Positions 38,354-47,608 of a stretch of 64,000 bases of DNA are shown here, piece by piece (the first letter of the stretch is position 1; each line of letters opens with the position of its first letter). The stretch is from positions 222,076 through 286,075 of the forward strand of contig CBDEGZ010000003.1 of the NCBI GenBank assembly GCA_965238175.1. The letters are read 5' to 3'. The DNA is from Gammaproteobacteria bacterium. GTDB taxonomy: Bacteria > Pseudomonadota > Gammaproteobacteria > CAJXQU01. The notes beneath the pieces are model-generated. The model saw nothing but the letters and a program-made list of their open reading frames with translations, was not told the origin of the DNA and did not search any database. Position numbers and translations under genes: made by a program.

Positions 38354-39496
38354 TTAGACGTATGGTTTAATTGCCTCGTATAGATCTGGAATCGAGACAG
38401 GATAGGGATGAGAAACCAGATAAGCCTCCTTGCCCGCTAATACTTTTTTTAACATGTCACATTGGAGCTCTTCGGAATTTTCAATATATGAGTTCTTAAG
38501 CTCGGGAAACGCAAATTTAAACTTTAGATAATTATTAACAAAATCTATTTGCTCATACTGCAGAGAAAATACCATGCGTTGAGCAACTTCATCAGGCTCA
38601 ATATGCTCAACGGTTATTTCTGGTTTGTTGTGGCTAAAGACAAAAAAGAATTTATCAGGAATACCACTTAGAGATGATTCAAGACCTTTCTGATTAAACG
38701 CTTCTTTAGGTGGTAAATGCACATAGAGTTGCTTCTTGATCAATGGTTTGAGACGGTTGAAAAATGACAGAAGTTTTGAGTTACTTCGCGGATTCCTGGA
38801 TATACACCACTCTATGAAGTTGACACTCTTTCTGAGGAAGTAAAGTCGACACTTATCAGTATGGCCAACAAAATCCCACAACCGAGGTATTTCATGTAAA
38901 TGCCAATCCCAGATCCGAATGGGCTCTGGAATGCCATGCATGCGTTTACCATCAACAGATAGATAAATCCATTCATCGCCGACATACTCGGCACCATTTG
39001 CGATAAAACCAAGCAACGTTTCAGTCTTACCACCTTTGGCCCAACCAGTTGCAACTACTCCTTTATCATTATAGGTAAAGGCCGATGCATGTAACGGTAA
39101 CGCACCATTTTTCAATGCGATCAGATTGATTATGGCGATTAGCATCGGTACTGCTGCAAGCCCTCTTTCGCAGATTATCTCACACTGACTACCAATTTGA
39201 TCAAATGGAATTTGGACTTTAGCGCGAGACTTTTGTTTGCTACGCAAAATTAAAAAAACATCTTCCGTATAGCCTGCTTCATCTACTTCTAAATATTTGA
39301 TCGGGGAAGATATCTGTAATTCGTCCACGAACTTAATAATTATGTCAGGTTCACGATCTAGATCTTTTTGGAGAGGACCAACTTGTCTGATGACAATCGC
39401 AATATCTTTTGGAGAAGCGTCAACTAGTCGAATACCTACAATACCATGCAGATCAAATTCGGTACTGGACGAAATACTCTCTGGACTGACTGCCAT
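38354..39496 (-). CDS. HprK-like P-loop protein (paralog 2; 'TGWAKGGKTETLL')
   Basis: Collinear with 28587-29717 ('DLHGIVGIRLVDASPKDI...QIPFDQIGSQCEIICERGLAAVP...ASAFTYNDKGVVATGWAKGGKTETLLGF...GDEWIYLS.DG...GIPEPIRIWDWHL'). Confidence 0.45.
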   Translation of the reverse strand: MAVSPESISSSTEFDLHGIVGIRLVDASPKDIAIVIRQVGPLQKDLDREPDIIIKFVDELQISSPIKYLEVDEAGYTEDVFLILRSKQKSRAKVQIPFDQIGSQCEIICERGLAAVPMLIAIINLIALKNGALPLHASAFTYNDKGVVATGWAKGGKTETLLGFIANGAEYVGDEWIYLSVDGKRMHGIPEPIRIWDWHLHEIPRLWDFVGHTDKCRLYFLRKSVNFIEWCISRNPRSNSKLLSFFNRLKPLIKKQLYVHLPPKEAFNQKGLESSLSGIPDKFFFVFSHNKPEITVEHIEPDEVAQRMVFSLQYEQIDFVNNYLKFKFAFPELKNSYIENSEELQCDMLKKVLAGKEAYLVSHPYPVSIPDLYEAIKPYV

Positions 39497-39575
39497 TGGC
39501 TACTATCTCCTGATTTTAGTATTTATTTTAACTAACACTTTCTTAAATATCCCAAATTTACGGTGTCTTAATAAA

Positions 39576-40802
39576 TCACGCGGTTAGACTTTTCGAGACT
39601 AATTTTTTTATGGTTTCCGGTATTTGTGCTATTGCAGGTAGCGGATCATCTAGGCACAGAAGATCAAATTTTCGATATGGATTAAAAAAACCAGCGAAGG
39701 CATAGACAGCTCGCATTCGACCCGGGGACTGAAAAAAATGAAATTTCTTTTTTTGACCAAGAACACAAGCAATCCACAACATATCACGCTGCAAATCACG
39801 ACTTCTAACACCGGTTTTATATTGTTTTGGGTTGATCGACTTTACCGTGTCTGGACCGTTCAATGTCATTTCAGTCAGCATTAATGGGAAATCAACACCA
39901 CTAAGCACAGCCAGAGGTAACGAGCCCCAAACACGGCCATTTATCTCCATCAAAACCTTTTCAGAACCATTAACCTTAAATTCCACCATTGCAAGCCCAG
40001 TCCATTTTAGTTCTTTGAGCATTGCTTCAGAATAATTAAAAAGTTCTGGATCCACCTCAACACCTTCTCGGTATGAGCTTGCACCTCCAGAGACGGGATA
40101 CTCCCTGAGTCTTTTGTGTGAAAATGTAGCAATCAAGTTTCCTTCATGCATCAGCATTTCAACACCATAACCTCGACCAGTATGATATTTCTGCAGTAGT
40201 ACCTGGCATTTACCTTCAAAGGATTGCATTATTTGTTCAAGTTCTATCTTTGAAGATACATAGGTCACTTCAAAGGATTCTACTTTGCCATCCTTACTAA
40301 ACTTGGCAGATGTTATCGGTTTTAAAACAATAGGCCACCCTAAATCATCTGCGTACTGTAAAGCTTCTACAGCTGTCTCAACTACCTCTGTTCTCGGAAC
40401 TGGCACTCCCACTTTTCGCGCAAGTTCCATCGTTTTTTCTTTATCGGTGACAATACGGTATTTCTCTGTCGAAGGAAGAGCAAGGCGCGTTTGTGCTTCA
40501 AACAAATCACGACTTTTAATAATTGGCTGAATAACGACTTCTGTTGTCGGAATGAGAAGATCTATATCTTCAATTTTAACTTCGTTTAAAAGTAACTCTG
40601 CCGCTTTATCGGGATTATTTTCAGGTGAGGGATATAGCAATGTCTTCCAGACATATTTTGATTTAAAACCAATGCTGTTAGGATCACTATCAGCGGCGAT
40701 CACTTTGTAACCCGCGCGACCAAGTGAACGGATTATTGCAACCGCACAACTCCTTGAGACGTCTGCAACAAGCACCGTGGCCTTATATTCTTCCCTTTGC
40801 AT
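39576..40802 (-). CDS. ATP-grasp domain enzyme (carboxylate-amine/thiol ligase type)
   Basis: N-terminal Rossmann-like pre-ATP-grasp (VLVADVSRSCAVAIIRSLGRAGYKVIAAD) and a central ATP-grasp fold ('WPIVLKPITSAKFSKDG', 'MVEFKVNGSEKVLMEINGR'). Confidence 0.65.
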   Translation of the reverse strand: MQREEYKATVLVADVSRSCAVAIIRSLGRAGYKVIAADSDPNSIGFKSKYVWKTLLYPSPENNPDKAAELLLNEVKIEDIDLLIPTTEVVIQPIIKSRDLFEAQTRLALPSTEKYRIVTDKEKTMELARKVGVPVPRTEVVETAVEALQYADDLGWPIVLKPITSAKFSKDGKVESFEVTYVSSKIELEQIMQSFEGKCQVLLQKYHTGRGYGVEMLMHEGNLIATFSHKRLREYPVSGGASSYREGVEVDPELFNYSEAMLKELKWTGLAMVEFKVNGSEKVLMEINGRVWGSLPLAVLSGVDFPLMLTEMTLNGPDTVKSINPKQYKTGVRSRDLQRDMLWIACVLGQKKKFHFFQSPGRMRAVYAFAGFFNPYRKFDLLCLDDPLPAIAQIPETIKKLVSKSLTA

Positions 40803-40806
40803 TATT

Positions 40807-41538
40807 CTATACTTCCCTGTCTTGATGAAATTTGTAGATTTGTTCCTTTACGTGTGAGACCACCAACTCTAAAGGTATTGTTGTATCAACAACGACTGAA
40901 TTTTTTGCGACACTTTGCAATTCTAAATATTGCTTACGTTTTATTTCAAGAAACTCCGGGTTGAATTCACCTTTTCGGGCAAAAACCACTTCTCCAGGTG
41001 CATCAAGAATAATTAGCAGGTCAGGTTCTCGTAGTGTATATTTCAGCACAAATCCATGTATCCTGCGTTTGAGCGAAATATTTTTATCACCAACTTGCAT
41101 ATCTTGATGATAATAATCATAAATAAAATGTCTGTCGAACAACACAATGTAGCCACGTTGAACATAAACCCAGGAAACGAGTTGTCTGTACCATTCTTCT
41201 AGTATCCTGTTTCCTAGACCAACACTTTTACGAATTTTTCTGATCAATTTTTTAGCTAAATTTCTTGTTTCAGCTTTCCGTACTAACTCATCAAGCGCTT
41301 TATCTTCATGATCAAGTTCATTTTGAACTTTTTGGGAATGAGGTATCACATGTCCTGTAATGCCTTTGTTCTTCTTTCGAGTTTCCCACCAACGTGTGGT
41401 TGGTAACATTATGTTACTGGCTTCAACATTCATACCCATATAAATGTATTTAAGTGGTAGATTAAAAGATTCTTCAAGTTCTTTTGAAACAGTGGTTTTG
41501 CCAACACCATCAGGCCCAATTAATGTAACTGTAAACAC
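40807..41538 (-). CDS. Small P-loop NTPase/kinase-like protein (Walker A 'GPDGVGKTT')
   Basis: Walker A at residues 8-16 and a Walker-B-like 'LLIILDAPGEV'. Size and layout are those of nucleoside/sugar/APS-kinase-like P-loop kinases. The specific family was not identified. Confidence 0.45.
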   Translation of the reverse strand: MFTVTLIGPDGVGKTTVSKELEESFNLPLKYIYMGMNVEASNIMLPTTRWWETRKKNKGITGHVIPHSQKVQNELDHEDKALDELVRKAETRNLAKKLIRKIRKSVGLGNRILEEWYRQLVSWVYVQRGYIVLFDRHFIYDYYHQDMQVGDKNISLKRRIHGFVLKYTLREPDLLIILDAPGEVVFARKGEFNPEFLEIKRKQYLELQSVAKNSVVVDTTIPLELVVSHVKEQIYKFHQDREV

Positions 41539-41728
41539 CGGAACTTCACCTTTTTATTAATTCTTAGTTATCTATCTATAGTAGTGGTTTTTGGAATTAG
41601 AATGGCTAATTTTTGATAATTCAAAAATTATTTAGCAGATATGAGCACACTTTAGGAACCAATTTGTGGCTAACTCTAATTCATATTATTATTTATAAAT
41701 TTAATTTTATCAAAATTTTTAGACTTTA

Positions 41729-41768
41729 AAACAATAACTAAAGTTAAAAAACAATAACTAAAGTTAAC
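41729..41768. repeat. 20-bp tandem direct duplication (aaacaataactaaagttaaa x2) in the promoter region of the minus-strand EPS operon
   Basis: Directly visible. It lies ~190 bp upstream of the P-loop kinase start and downstream of ppa. Confidence 0.6.
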
Positions 41769-41957
41769 TCGATATTTAACTCTTTATTTTTTCCTGAAAT
41801 ATTAAAGAGGTACAGTTTTTATTTTTCGGAATTGTCCTTTAGCCCTAATAATTTTTAAGAGCAGGATTTCAGACGGTCAAACTACATCTATCAGATGATG
41901 GGTTACTTCAAAAGTTTATACCTTCCCCTTTAGTCAAAGGGGAAGGATAAGAAGAGT

Positions 41958-42491
41958 TTATTTTTCTGCTTGAGCACGCTTATAAGAAGCCATAATTTCT
42001 TCTCGCGCTGCTTCTATATTTTTCCAGCCATCTACTTTCACCCACTTACCAGTTTCAAGATCTTTATAGTGTTCAAAGAAATGTACGATCTGGTTGAGCA
42101 ACATGTCTGGGAAATCTTGTGGTTTATCTACATGTGTGTACATGCTGGACAACTTGTCAACAGGGACTGCGAGAATCTTCGCGTCTTCACCTGCTTCGTC
42201 TGTCATCGCCAACATACCCACTGGACGACAACGTACAACTGAACCTGTAATTAGTGGTACGCCGGTGACAACCAGAACGTCTACCGGATCACCATCGTCA
42301 GAAAGCGTATCAGGGATATAACCGTAATTGCATGGATAGTGCATCGCTGTGTTCATAAAACGATCGACAAACATCGCACCAGTTTCTTTATCAACTTCAT
42401 ATTTGATTGGGTCGCCGCGTAATGGGATCTCAATGATTACATTAAAATCGTCTGGAAGTTGCTTTCCAGCTGGCACGCCTCTTAAAGCCAT
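41958..42491 (-). CDS. ppa: Soluble inorganic pyrophosphatase (family I)
   Basis: '[25 protein letters not shown]' and '[13 protein letters not shown]' are family-I PPase active-site motifs. 177 aa. Confidence 0.9.
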   Translation of the reverse strand: MALRGVPAGKQLPDDFNVIIEIPLRGDPIKYEVDKETGAMFVDRFMNTAMHYPCNYGYIPDTLSDDGDPVDVLVVTGVPLITGSVVRCRPVGMLAMTDEAGEDAKILAVPVDKLSSMYTHVDKPQDFPDMLLNQIVHFFEHYKDLETGKWVKVDGWKNIEAAREEIMASYKRAQAEK

Positions 42492-42656
42492 GTTAAGTCC
42501 TCAGTCTATAGTTAAGGTGTAAAAATTCGAGCAATTATATACAGAAAATCAGGTGATAGCAGAAAACAACTGTTTACACAGTATTTCATGTCAGTATAAA
42601 GTGTTACTTCCAATAAGAAGTAACCTAATAATAACAATATTCAACAGGAGGTCAGT

Positions 42657-44669
42657 ATGAGTTTCAATGCATTGCTACCAATGCTGCTAGGTGTGATCGG
42701 TCTTGGTGGTGCGTTCTATCTTTATAAAGCTGTCAAAGAGTTTCCCGGAGGAGAAGGGAAAATTGCTGGAATAGCTGAACAGATCCATAGTGGCGCAATG
42801 GTTTTTATGCGTCGCGAATATACAGTGCTAGTTATTTTTTGTGCGTTCGTTTTAACATTAATACTTTTTTCTGATCTTGGTTGGAAAACGGCACTCGCAT
42901 TTTTGATCGGAGCACTTACCTCAGCCACCGCTGGCTATATCGGTATGTACACCGCGACTCAGGCCAATGTTCGTACGGCGGTTGCTGCTCGAGATGAAGG
43001 TGCTTCAAGTGCTTTAACGATTGCTTTTTTCGGTGGCTCAATTATGGGATTAACCGTCGCCTCTATGGGCTTGCTCGGGCTAGGATTTTTGTATCTTATC
43101 TTTGGTGGCGATCCTGAAACTGCACATGTTATCCATGGCTTCGGTATGGGCGCGTCAAGTGTTGCATTATTCTCTCGTGTGGGTGGTGGTATCTTCACTA
43201 AAAGTGCCGATGTTGGTGCTGATTTAGTCGGTAAGATTGAAGCGGGCATTCCAGAAGATGATCCAAGAAATCCGGGCGTGATTGCAGATAACGTTGGAGA
43301 TAATGTGGGTGATGTTGCCGGCATGGGATCAGATATTTTCGAATCATACTGTGGTTCGATGATTGCGACACTTGCACTTGCTTCAACCATGTCAGCAAGT
43401 TCCCTGGCTCAACTCAGTGCAGAACAATCTGAATTAATGTTCTTGCCGCTGGCACTTGCGTCACTAGGCTTGCTTTGCTCAATGGGTGGAATCTTTCTGG
43501 TTAGACATTTTGCTAGCAAATCACCAGAAGTTGCATTACGCATAGGCACCATCGGTGCTTCGATCATTTTCATTGTTGCGGCACTTCTTTTGATCGCAGC
43601 TTACGGAATTAGCGTTAAAGTCTGGGGCTCTGTATTAGTCGGCGCATTAGGTGGAATTATTATTGGTCTGGTGACGGAGTACTACACTTCTGCTGCACCG
43701 ATAAGACGAATCGCCAAGTCCGGCGAAACCGGTCCGGCAACCGTTATGATCACAGGTCTTGCGGTCGGCATGCAATCTGTCGTCGTTCCTGTTTTGACCA
43801 TATGCGGAATCATTTTGATCTCAAGTAACCTGGCTGGATTATACGGCGTAGCAATTGCCGCAGTCGGCATGCTCGGAACGGTTGGGATTACCATGGCGAT
43901 TGATGCATACGGACCCGTTGCGGATAACGCAGGTGGTATCGCTGAAATGGGTGGCATGGGTGAAGACACTAGAGAGATCACTGATTCTCTTGATGAGTTG
44001 GGTAATACAACAGCAGCTATCGGTAAGGGTTTTGCGATTGGTGCAGCTGCGCTTGCCGCACTCGCACTGATCAGTGCTTACATCGAAACGATTATTCATG
44101 GCAGGGCTGATTTCACCTTAGAGTTGAATAGTCCACAAGTCCTTGCGGGTATGTTCCTTGGGGGAATTTTTCCATTTGTTGTCAGCGCAATAACAATGAC
44201 CGCAGTGGGAGACGCAGCCTTCGATATGATCAAAGAGATCCGGCGTCAGTTTCATGAAATTCCTGGTCTATTAGAAGGTGAAGCTGAACCCGACACTGAA
44301 AGATGTGTAGACATTGCAACCACCGCAGCACTGAAAAGAATGGTGTTGCCAGGTGTTTTAGCAGTAGGTTCACCCGTTGTTGTCGGTTTCCTACTAGGCC
44401 CAGAAGCGCTAGGCGGAATGCTCGGTGGTGCCTTGATCTGTTGTGTCTTGATGGCGCTGATGATGGCCAATGCAGGTGGTGCTTGGGATAACGCCAAGAA
44501 ATATGTAGAAAAAGGGAATCTTGGTGGAAAAGGAACCGATACTCACACTGCGGTAGTTGTTGGTGACACAGTCGGCGATCCATTCAAAGATACATCTGGT
44601 CCAGCGATGAATATCTTGATCAATGTTATGGCGATTGTTTCTTTAGTGATTGCGCCGTTGTTGGTTTAA
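42657..44669 (+). CDS. hppA: Membrane-bound proton/sodium-translocating pyrophosphatase (K+-dependent type signature)
   Basis: 670 aa, ~15 TM helices. Motifs 'GGG(I)[16 protein letters not shown]', 'DNVGDNVGD', '[15 protein letters not shown]'. It has '[10 protein letters not shown]' (Ala, not Lys), the signature of K+-dependent M-PPases. Confidence 0.9.
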   Translation: MSFNALLPMLLGVIGLGGAFYLYKAVKEFPGGEGKIAGIAEQIHSGAMVFMRREYTVLVIFCAFVLTLILFSDLGWKTALAFLIGALTSATAGYIGMYTATQANVRTAVAARDEGASSALTIAFFGGSIMGLTVASMGLLGLGFLYLIFGGDPETAHVIHGFGMGASSVALFSRVGGGIFTKSADVGADLVGKIEAGIPEDDPRNPGVIADNVGDNVGDVAGMGSDIFESYCGSMIATLALASTMSASSLAQLSAEQSELMFLPLALASLGLLCSMGGIFLVRHFASKSPEVALRIGTIGASIIFIVAALLLIAAYGISVKVWGSVLVGALGGIIIGLVTEYYTSAAPIRRIAKSGETGPATVMITGLAVGMQSVVVPVLTICGIILISSNLAGLYGVAIAAVGMLGTVGITMAIDAYGPVADNAGGIAEMGGMGEDTREITDSLDELGNTTAAIGKGFAIGAAALAALALISAYIETIIHGRADFTLELNSPQVLAGMFLGGIFPFVVSAITMTAVGDAAFDMIKEIRRQFHEIPGLLEGEAEPDTERCVDIATTAALKRMVLPGVLAVGSPVVVGFLLGPEALGGMLGGALICCVLMALMMANAGGAWDNAKKYVEKGNLGGKGTDTHTAVVVGDTVGDPFKDTSGPAMNILINVMAIVSLVIAPLLV

Positions 44670-44700
44670 TAAAGAAACGTTATTGAACGTTTATAATTAG

Positions 44701-44739
44701 CCTATCCAACTTTATATTAAGTTTAAGTTGGATAGGTTT
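44701..44739 (+). terminator. Rho-independent terminator of hppA (12-bp stem, 12-nt loop, TTT tail)
   Basis: cctatccaactt-tatattaagttt-aagttggatagg followed by ttt. It begins 32 bp after the hppA stop. The IS481 copy is inserted immediately at its U-tract. Confidence 0.6.
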
Positions 44740-44742
44740 ACT

Positions 44743-45968
44743 TGTAGAAATTCAGATTTGATCTGACAGTTACCCAATTATCAGTAACCGACTGTCAGGT
44801 TAAGTTTAATTCACAAACTTTTCCTTCCAGATAGCTTGTCCGTCGATGAGTGTTTCCATCGGCGTCCTCCCGCAGCACATTTTGCCTTGGTGAGTTCGTT
44901 GAGTATTGTATTTGAGCAACCATTCGTCAAGGTCGAGTTGCAGTTCATCAATCGATTGGTAAATTTTCTTACGCAAAGCGACTTGATAAAACTCATTGAG
45001 GATCGTCTTATGGAATCGCTCACAAATACCATTCGTCTGAGGTGATTTGACCTTGGTTTTGGTGTGTTCGATATTGTTCAACGCCATATAAAGCTGATAA
45101 TCATGCTGGTCAGCTCGCCCACAATACTCCGTCCCTCTATCTGTCAAAATGCGCAACATAGGCAAACGTTGTTCTTCGTAGAATGGGAGGACGCGGTCAT
45201 TGAGCATGTCAGCTGCCGTAATCGGTGTTTTAGTCGGGTACAGTTTCGCGTGAGCGACCTTGCTGTAAGTATCAACAAACGTTTGTTGATAAACCCGACC
45301 AATGCCTTTGAAAGTACCGACATAGTAAGTATCTTGCGAGCCAAGATAACCAGGGTGTGCCGTTTCTATCTCGCCACAAGCCTCATCGTCGTCTTTTTTG
45401 CGTTCCATCGCCGCGACTTGAGACTCAGTGAGGATCAAGCCTTCACCAGCTACCTTATCAGACAATGCCTTCAGGCGATCTTTAAAGCAAGCAAGACCAT
45501 GACGAAGCCAGATACAACGAACGCCACTGGGTGAGACAAATGTTCCCCGTTTGCGCAGCTCGTTACTGGTGCGCGTTTGACCATGTGCGGGCTCTTCCAG
45601 TGCATACTCGAGCACAACGGTTTCAATAGCCGGGTCGATTCTGTTTTTAAGATTTGGGGTACGCCGATTACGATCAAACAAGGCTTCTACACCGCCTTCA
45701 TCAGCCGCTTCTTTGTAGCGATAAAATATATCTCTGGACAAACCCATCATCTTGCAGGCTTTTGAGACATTGCCGAGTTCTTCAGCGAGATTGAGTAGAC
45801 CAACTTTATGTTTTATAACTTTGTCATTAGTATGAATCATGAGAGTTACCTCTTTGTGTTTTGATGTTTACGTTGCAGTTACATCAAAGCGGGTAACTCT
45901 CACTAAATCAAGCGTCGCTACGCTCCGCTTGATTTAGTGATGTGTCAGATTGGGTCTAAACTTCTACA
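44743..45968 (-). mobile_element. IS481-family insertion sequence, copy 1 (1226 bp) with 7-bp target-site duplication GTTTACT
   Basis: Identical to the copy at 62266-63491. Imperfect ~24-bp terminal inverted repeats: TGTAGAAaTTcAGAtttgATCTGA / TGTAGAAgTTtAGAcccaATCTGA. Flanking direct repeat gtttact (44736-44742 and 45969-45975). Confidence 0.85.
44806..45840 (-). CDS. IS481-family DDE transposase (344 aa)
   Basis: N-terminal HTH ('LSRDIFYRYK') and rve-type integrase core ('...RILTDRGTEYCG...', 'NGICERFHKTILNEF'). It differs from the second copy by one residue (I/T). Confidence 0.9.
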   Translation of the reverse strand: MIHTNDKVIKHKVGLLNLAEELGNVSKACKMMGLSRDIFYRYKEAADEGGVEALFDRNRRTPNLKNRIDPAIETVVLEYALEEPAHGQTRTSNELRKRGTFVSPSGVRCIWLRHGLACFKDRLKALSDKVAGEGLILTESQVAAMERKKDDDEACGEIETAHPGYLGSQDTYYVGTFKGIGRVYQQTFVDTYSKVAHAKLYPTKTPITAADMLNDRVLPFYEEQRLPMLRILTDRGTEYCGRADQHDYQLYMALNNIEHTKTKVKSPQTNGICERFHKTILNEFYQVALRKKIYQSIDELQLDLDEWLLKYNTQRTHQGKMCCGRTPMETLIDGQAIWKEKFVN

Positions 45969-45982
45969 GTTTACTTATATTG

Positions 45983-46546
45983 CTACTGATATTCATACGT
46001 ACGAAATAAGATATTCTGACTTTTTTCGAGGATAAATACTTTGTTTCCTTCAAGCTCTAAATTGAGTTTTAGAGGATATGTTATTTTGATATTTTTAGCT
46101 TGTGCTGATTTTACAAGACTTTCAATGTCTCCTCTTGTTTCAATTTCTATTTCCTGAAGAAGTTCGATCATATAATCAGAATGCCTTATTGCATCAATGC
46201 TACCTCCATTTATATTGTACCCACCCCCTAAAAGCCCATATATAGATCCGTCTTTCAATTCGATAAAAGTAGAAACTCCGGTTCTACGAAATTGATTGTG
46301 TGTATTCTCGTTTATTGGACGAGATAATCCCGTAATGCCTTTAAGTTTATAAAGCTCTATAGATTCTGGCTAATCTCTATGTAGTATTTCCACGATTTCT
46401 TTTTTTACCCAACTTCCATGAAGGAATATACCAATAAAAAATACACTGTCATTAGTTATCCTTGCAAATAACAAAGGCCCAGTCCTTTTATGAAGCCATC
46501 TTTTTCTATTGTTTCTCCAAGGTGAAAATGATGTATTCCCCAATCA
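45983..46546 (-). pseudogene. Disrupted gene of unknown function (in-frame TAG at 46370-46372; upstream frameshift relative to 46585-46851)
   Basis: The minus-strand translation reads '...RTGPLLFARITNDSVFFIGIFLHGSWVKKEIVEILHRD*PESIELYKLKGITGLSRPINE...KDGSIYGLLGGGYNINGGSIDAIRHSDYMIELLQEIE...'. It is continuous apart from one stop. The upstream ORF (46585-46851) ends 38 nt before it in another frame. Confidence 0.4.
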
Positions 46547-46584
46547 TTCAAAAGTGAATCATCGTAATCAAGCTTCTTTAGGCC

Positions 46585-46851
46585 TCAGCTTAGATACGGA
46601 TTAACGTTTTCACCGTTTCTGAATTGATTTTCGATATTATCTAATGAATCTTTAAATTCTGTAGGACACTCAAAAGTACTAGATTTGTTTACATATCTTT
46701 TGCATGGAAATATTTCTCGTAGTTTCACGTTAAAATACTGAAAGGCAATATCCTCTACGCTTTTATTTTCGTCGGGATCGTATCCTCTTTCCTTTAGGAA
46801 ATATAATAGTAGCTTTCTCCAATCTTCAACTAAGTTTATTTCCACTTCCAT
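46585..46851 (-). CDS. Hypothetical small protein (88 aa); possibly the N-terminal piece of the disrupted downstream gene
   Basis: ORF only, no recognisable motif ('MEVEINLVEDWRKLLLYFLKERGYDPDE...'). Confidence 0.3.
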   Translation of the reverse strand: MEVEINLVEDWRKLLLYFLKERGYDPDENKSVEDIAFQYFNVKLREIFPCKRYVNKSSTFECPTEFKDSLDNIENQFRNGENVNPYLS

Positions 46852-46879
46852 AGTTAACCTTTGGACTGTTATACCTCAG

Positions 46880-47608
46880 TTAATAATCCCCAAACCGATT
46901 TTGCAAAGCCGCTACAGTTGCTAAGGCTGCGGTTTCAGTACGCAAAATTCTAGAACCAAGCTTGATCGCAATGAATTCATTCTTTTCTAAGGTTTCAATT
47001 TCTGATCGACTTAAGCCACCTTCTGGCCCGATAACCAAACTGACTGTTTTTATTTGATCTGAAAAATCAGAAAGAGTTTGTTCTGCATCCGGGGCCAAGA
47101 TCAATTTTAGATCTTGTTCATTTGTTGTCTGTAGATCTTCGAGTTTTTTGAGTTCTGTAAGCTCAGGGATCTGGTTTCTTCCACACTGTTCACAGGCGCT
47201 GATAATGACTTTTCCCCAGTGATCGAGTTTTTTTTCAGTTCTTTTTTGATCGAGTTTTACATTTGAGTAAGTGGTGATCAAAGGTGTAATTTTATTCACT
47301 CCAAGCTCAACCGCTTTCTGAATGGTGAAATCCATTTTGTCGCCTTTGGATAAGCCTTGGATCAACTCGATACTGATCGGGGATTCTCTTTCGATATCGA
47401 TAAATTCATTTACTTTAACTTCTACATTTGATTTATGGATCGAAGTTACTACTCCATTAAATTCACCACCCTGTCCGTTAAATAAAACGACAGCTTGATC
47501 TGGCTTCATGCGTAAAACACGGGCGACATGATGGCCTGCCGTTTCGGACAAAATTGTTGATTCCTCTACTTTTAGATTTTGATCTATGAACAGTCGAGTA
47601 GTTACCAT
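46880..47608 (-). CDS. rsmE: 16S rRNA (uracil1498-N3)-methyltransferase
   Basis: 242 aa. N-terminal PUA-like region and a C-terminal SPOUT region ('LVIGPEGGLSRSEIE', 'GSRILRTETAALA'). Confidence 0.85.
   Translation of the reverse strand: MVTTRLFIDQNLKVEESTILSETAGHHVARVLRMKPDQAVVLFNGQGGEFNGVVTSIHKSNVEVKVNEFIDIERESPISIELIQGLSKGDKMDFTIQKAVELGVNKITPLITTYSNVKLDQKRTEKKLDHWGKVIISACEQCGRNQIPELTELKKLEDLQTTNEQDLKLILAPDAEQTLSDFSDQIKTVSLVIGPEGGLSRSEIETLEKNEFIAIKLGSRILRTETAALATVAALQNRFGDY

Noticed and set aside
24114-41538. Exosortase (XrtA/EpsH) gene expected for a PEP-CTERM protein
   Set aside because: No 8-TM exosortase-like ORF was recognised in the window. The only large polytopic proteins are Wzx-like, Wzy/O-antigen-ligase-like and HppA. 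The exosortase is presumably encoded elsewhere.
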